Assembly (NCBI GenBank): GCA_015680685.1
Contig: MNCI01000472.1
Span: 677,863 to 741,847, forward strand
DNA: 63,985 nt
Source of the DNA: Gnetum montanum
Taxonomy: Eukaryota > Plantae > Gnetophyta
Direction of reading: 5' to 3'
Positions 60,761-63,985 of this stretch are shown one piece after another. Numbering within the stretch: position 1 is the stretch's first letter; every line of letters starts with the position of its first letter. Made by a program: the position numbers and the translations under genes. The notes below the pieces were generated by a model. That model was not told the DNA's origin. It worked only from the letters and a program-made list of their open reading frames with translations, and did not search any database.

Positions 60761-63666
60761 TCAGTAGAGGTGGCCATCTCCCCCATGACTGAGTTGGAAG
60801 GAGGAGATCTGAAATAATGAGCAGGTTTGTCCCTTCTCAAAGGTATTATGGGCATTAGCCATTCTAAGTTCATGGAAGGGTTTGGTCTGTTGCACATTGA
60901 CTAGTAATCTATTATTAGGGCTCTCAGGTTTGTATATGGTAATGGCCCCTGAAGGAAAGGTTGTTTGAATAATGTAAGGTCCTTCCCACAGTGTTTGAAA
61001 TTTTGTGCGTTGTGGCACATGTGTGGGGTTCCAATAGAGAAACTTATCTCCTGGTTGATACTTAACCTTTTGAATTTTCAAGTCATGAAATTGCTTATTA
61101 TATGCCTTGCGTAACTCATTTGATGACAGGGCAGCTAATCGGCTTTCGTCTAGCACATTTAAAGTTGCCAACCTTTGTTTTTGTGTTGGATCAAGGTCTA
61201 GGTGGAGGTCAAAAGCCATGAATAGTGTACGGAGCTCGATTTGAATCAGAAGCTTTGGAAGTTTTCTGTACACTAACTCATAGGGAGAGTAGCCTATAGG
61301 GAGTTTCCAAGTGGAGTAGTATGCCCAAAGAGCAACATTCAGTTTAGTGCTCCAATCTCACCTATACTTGCTAATTTTCCTTGTCAATATTTTAGTGATC
61401 TTCTTATTGGTGACCTCGGCTTGTTCATTAGCTTGGGGGTGATAAGGTGTAGTCAATTTAGGTTCAACCCCTAAGCATTGCATTAACTTCCGAAAAGTTG
61501 CACCTGTGAAGTGTGTTCCTTTATTCGAGATAAGTGCACATGGCACACCAAACCTATTTATGATTTGTTGTTGCACAAATCATGTAGCTGTAGATGATGT
61601 GCAGTCTGTAACAGCTGCTGCTTGAGCCCATTTCATTAGATAGTCAACGGCAACAGTGATGTAAGCTTTTCCATTGGACATTGGTGTAATGGGCCCCATA
61701 AAGTCTATTCCCCAAATGTCGAAGGGTTCTAAAGCTTGAATCCATTGTTGCATACCCTCCATTCTAGCAGTCATTCCCCCATCACATTGACAGCGCTCAC
61801 AAGATTGGACAAATTGATGGGCATCCTAAAATAATGTTGGTCAGTAATGTCCTACAAGCAGGATCTTAATAGCTGTTCGTCTCCTTGCATAGTGACCCCC
61901 ACAAGGGCCCTCATGAGCATCTTGGAGAACTCATAGTTGGTCTACCTTAGGCATGCACCATTGAACCAAGCCATCAGAACACACTTTGTAAAGTTTTCTG
62001 TTGATCTCCATGAAGTACTTGGCTCTATGAAGAAACTATTTTTTCTTCCTAAATTCTAGCTCCTATGGTGTTTGTTGGGTAAGGAGATACGTGAGAATGC
62101 TACTATACCAATTCGTCTCCATGGGTTGGTTATTCACTACACCAGCAAAGAGGGCTTCATCAGGAAAATGATCAAACATTACATATTCATCCTCTTTGCT
62201 GTCCCAGCGCAACTGAGATAAATGACCTGCAACTATGTTCTCGATGCCCTTTCGATCGATCATCGTTAGATCGAACTCCTGTAGGATTACCAGCCATTGT
62301 ATAATACGAGGGCTAACCGTTGGCTTGTTCATGAGGAACCAGATTGCACTATGATCCATATGGATGAACACTTTGTAACCTAACACATAGTGCCTAATCT
62401 TATCTAGTGCAAACACTACAGCCATTAATTCTTTTTCTGTAGTTGTGTAGTTAAGTTGTGCACCGATGATACTCCTACTTGCATAGTGGATGTAGTAAGA
62501 ATGTTTTTGGTCATCTAACTATGTAAGTATAGCTCCTAAGTCATAATTGGACACGTTAGTCATTATATGGAATGGTTTGGACCAATTAGGAGCTTGTAGA
62601 ATGGGAGTTTCTACAAGCTTTTGTTTCAGAGTTTGGAATGCTTGTTCACATTCCCTGGTCCAGTCAAATGGTACATCCTTCTTTGTTAGCTCTACCAACG
62701 GTTTGGAAATCTTGGAGAAGTTCTCAATAAGTCTCCTATAGTAGCCAGTGTGTCCAAGGAATGATCGAATGTCTTTAACAATTTTCGGTAGACAGGTAAT
62801 TCCTTGGATGATCCTAACCTTATCTAGGTGTACCTTTATTCCTGGATGTGAAACCTTATGCCCAAGTACTACACCTTCTTGGACCATTAAATGGATTTTC
62901 TACCAATTGAGCCTTAAGTTGGTTTCTACACATCTTTTCAACACTTGCTCTAATTGGTCCAAGGCTTGATCAAAACTTGTTCCATAAGTGGAGAAGCCGT
63001 CCATAAAGACTTCCACTCTGTTTCCTATCTGCTGTTGGAATATGCTTAGAACTAGTGTGGTAGGAGCATTGCACAAGCTAAACAGCATTTGTTTATATGC
63101 AAACATTCCTGAAGGACTGGTGAACATTGTCTTAACTTGATCTTTTGGGGTTATCCGTATTTGGTTGTATCCACTATAGCCATCTAGAAAACTATAATAG
63201 CGATGCCCTGCTATGGTGTTGAAGACATAGTCAACGAATGGCAACGGAAAGTAATCCTTAAATGTTGCCATGTTAAATAGCCTAAAATCTATGCACACCC
63301 TCCATTTACTTCATTTTTTGGCACGATCACCAGAGGGCTAACCCATTCGCTATCAACAATGGGATATATGAACCCAACCTTAAGAAGTTGTTCTATTTCT
63401 TCTTTTATTACTTGCTTCAATTTTGGGTTCAATCGCCTCTATTGTTGTTTTAGAGATTTCATGGAGGGGTTGGTGTAAATCCTATGTTGGCATATCCTAG
63501 GATCTATTCCAGTTAATTCAGGGTATGACCAGGCAAAGGCTTTTGACCACTTGTTTATCACTTTCAACACTCTTTCTTTTTGTTTGGGAACAAGTTTTGC
63601 GTTGATGATCACTGGTTTTCCATTTTCAAGGATCATATATTCCAGACCGGTGGGCAATGGTTTCAA
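60761..63666 (-). pseudogene. Athila pol (RT-RNaseH-integrase), fragmented by stops/frameshifts
   Basis: ORF fragments 63439-63666, 62900-63298, 62519-62887, 62063-62425, 61580-61774, 61358-61576, 60761-61273. Confidence 0.9.
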
Positions 63667-63985
63667 ATATAGGGGCTCTTATTTAAATCTTTCAGGAATT
63701 TCCAACTTTCCCCAGTTGATGTTTTTAAGGTTAAGGCTTGGAATTTGGCAACAAACTTGCTCTAGTATATCTATGCTTTCAATGTAAGCACTAGTTATTC
63801 CCTCAGTTAGTTCCATGCACATTAGTGAGTTGCTCTCTTGATCAGCCATTAGCCACTGGGTGTCTTCTTGTCATGTGGCTGCTGCATACAGGCACTTTTG
63901 TATATTAATGTCTTGTGCACATCGATTACATGTAGGCAATGCTAAACTTTGCATAACCCATGATCTCTGCACGCAATTACACCCT

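Larger units (their letters stand above)
58337..63985 (-). mobile_element. Athila-type Ty3/gypsy LTR retrotransposon (degenerate pol + 3' LTR), truncated by the window edge
   Basis: RT (CIDFR..KDYFPLPF, FLDGYSGYNQI, VEVFMDGF, MVQEGVVLGH), RNase H (AVVFALDKIRHY..DHSAI), integrase (PFDIWGIDFMGP, TPYHPQANEQAE). Confidence 0.92.

Overview
Eukaryotic, land-plant-type DNA. It is probably from a large-genome non-angiosperm, but that is an inference from intron size, TE content and gene architecture. The minus strand carries 14 in-phase coding exons (608 codons, 48322->676, continuing off the left edge) of a ZGRF1-like DNA-repair gene with two DUF2439 repeats and a GRF zinc finger. Its 5-14 kb introns are packed with retroelements. 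An Athila-type Ty3/gypsy element occupies the right end (58337-63985). The main observation is an L1-clade LINE family with at least 12 copies or fragments here. Its ORF2 does not end in RNase H after the zf-RVT and WxxWxxRN motifs. It continues in frame into a ~170-aa domain resembling plant-transposon accessory domains (Transposase_32/ATHILA-ORF1/PMD-like), a Pro-rich linker, a long coiled coil and a terminal DnaJ/Hsp40 J-domain with the HPD motif, flanked by conserved Cys/His. Eight J-domain copies from clearly diverged subfamilies are visible. The family also shows a conserved 3' stem-loop, a twin-priming 5' inversion, nesting and a J-less variant. All domain assignments are by-eye motif recognition; no searches were run.
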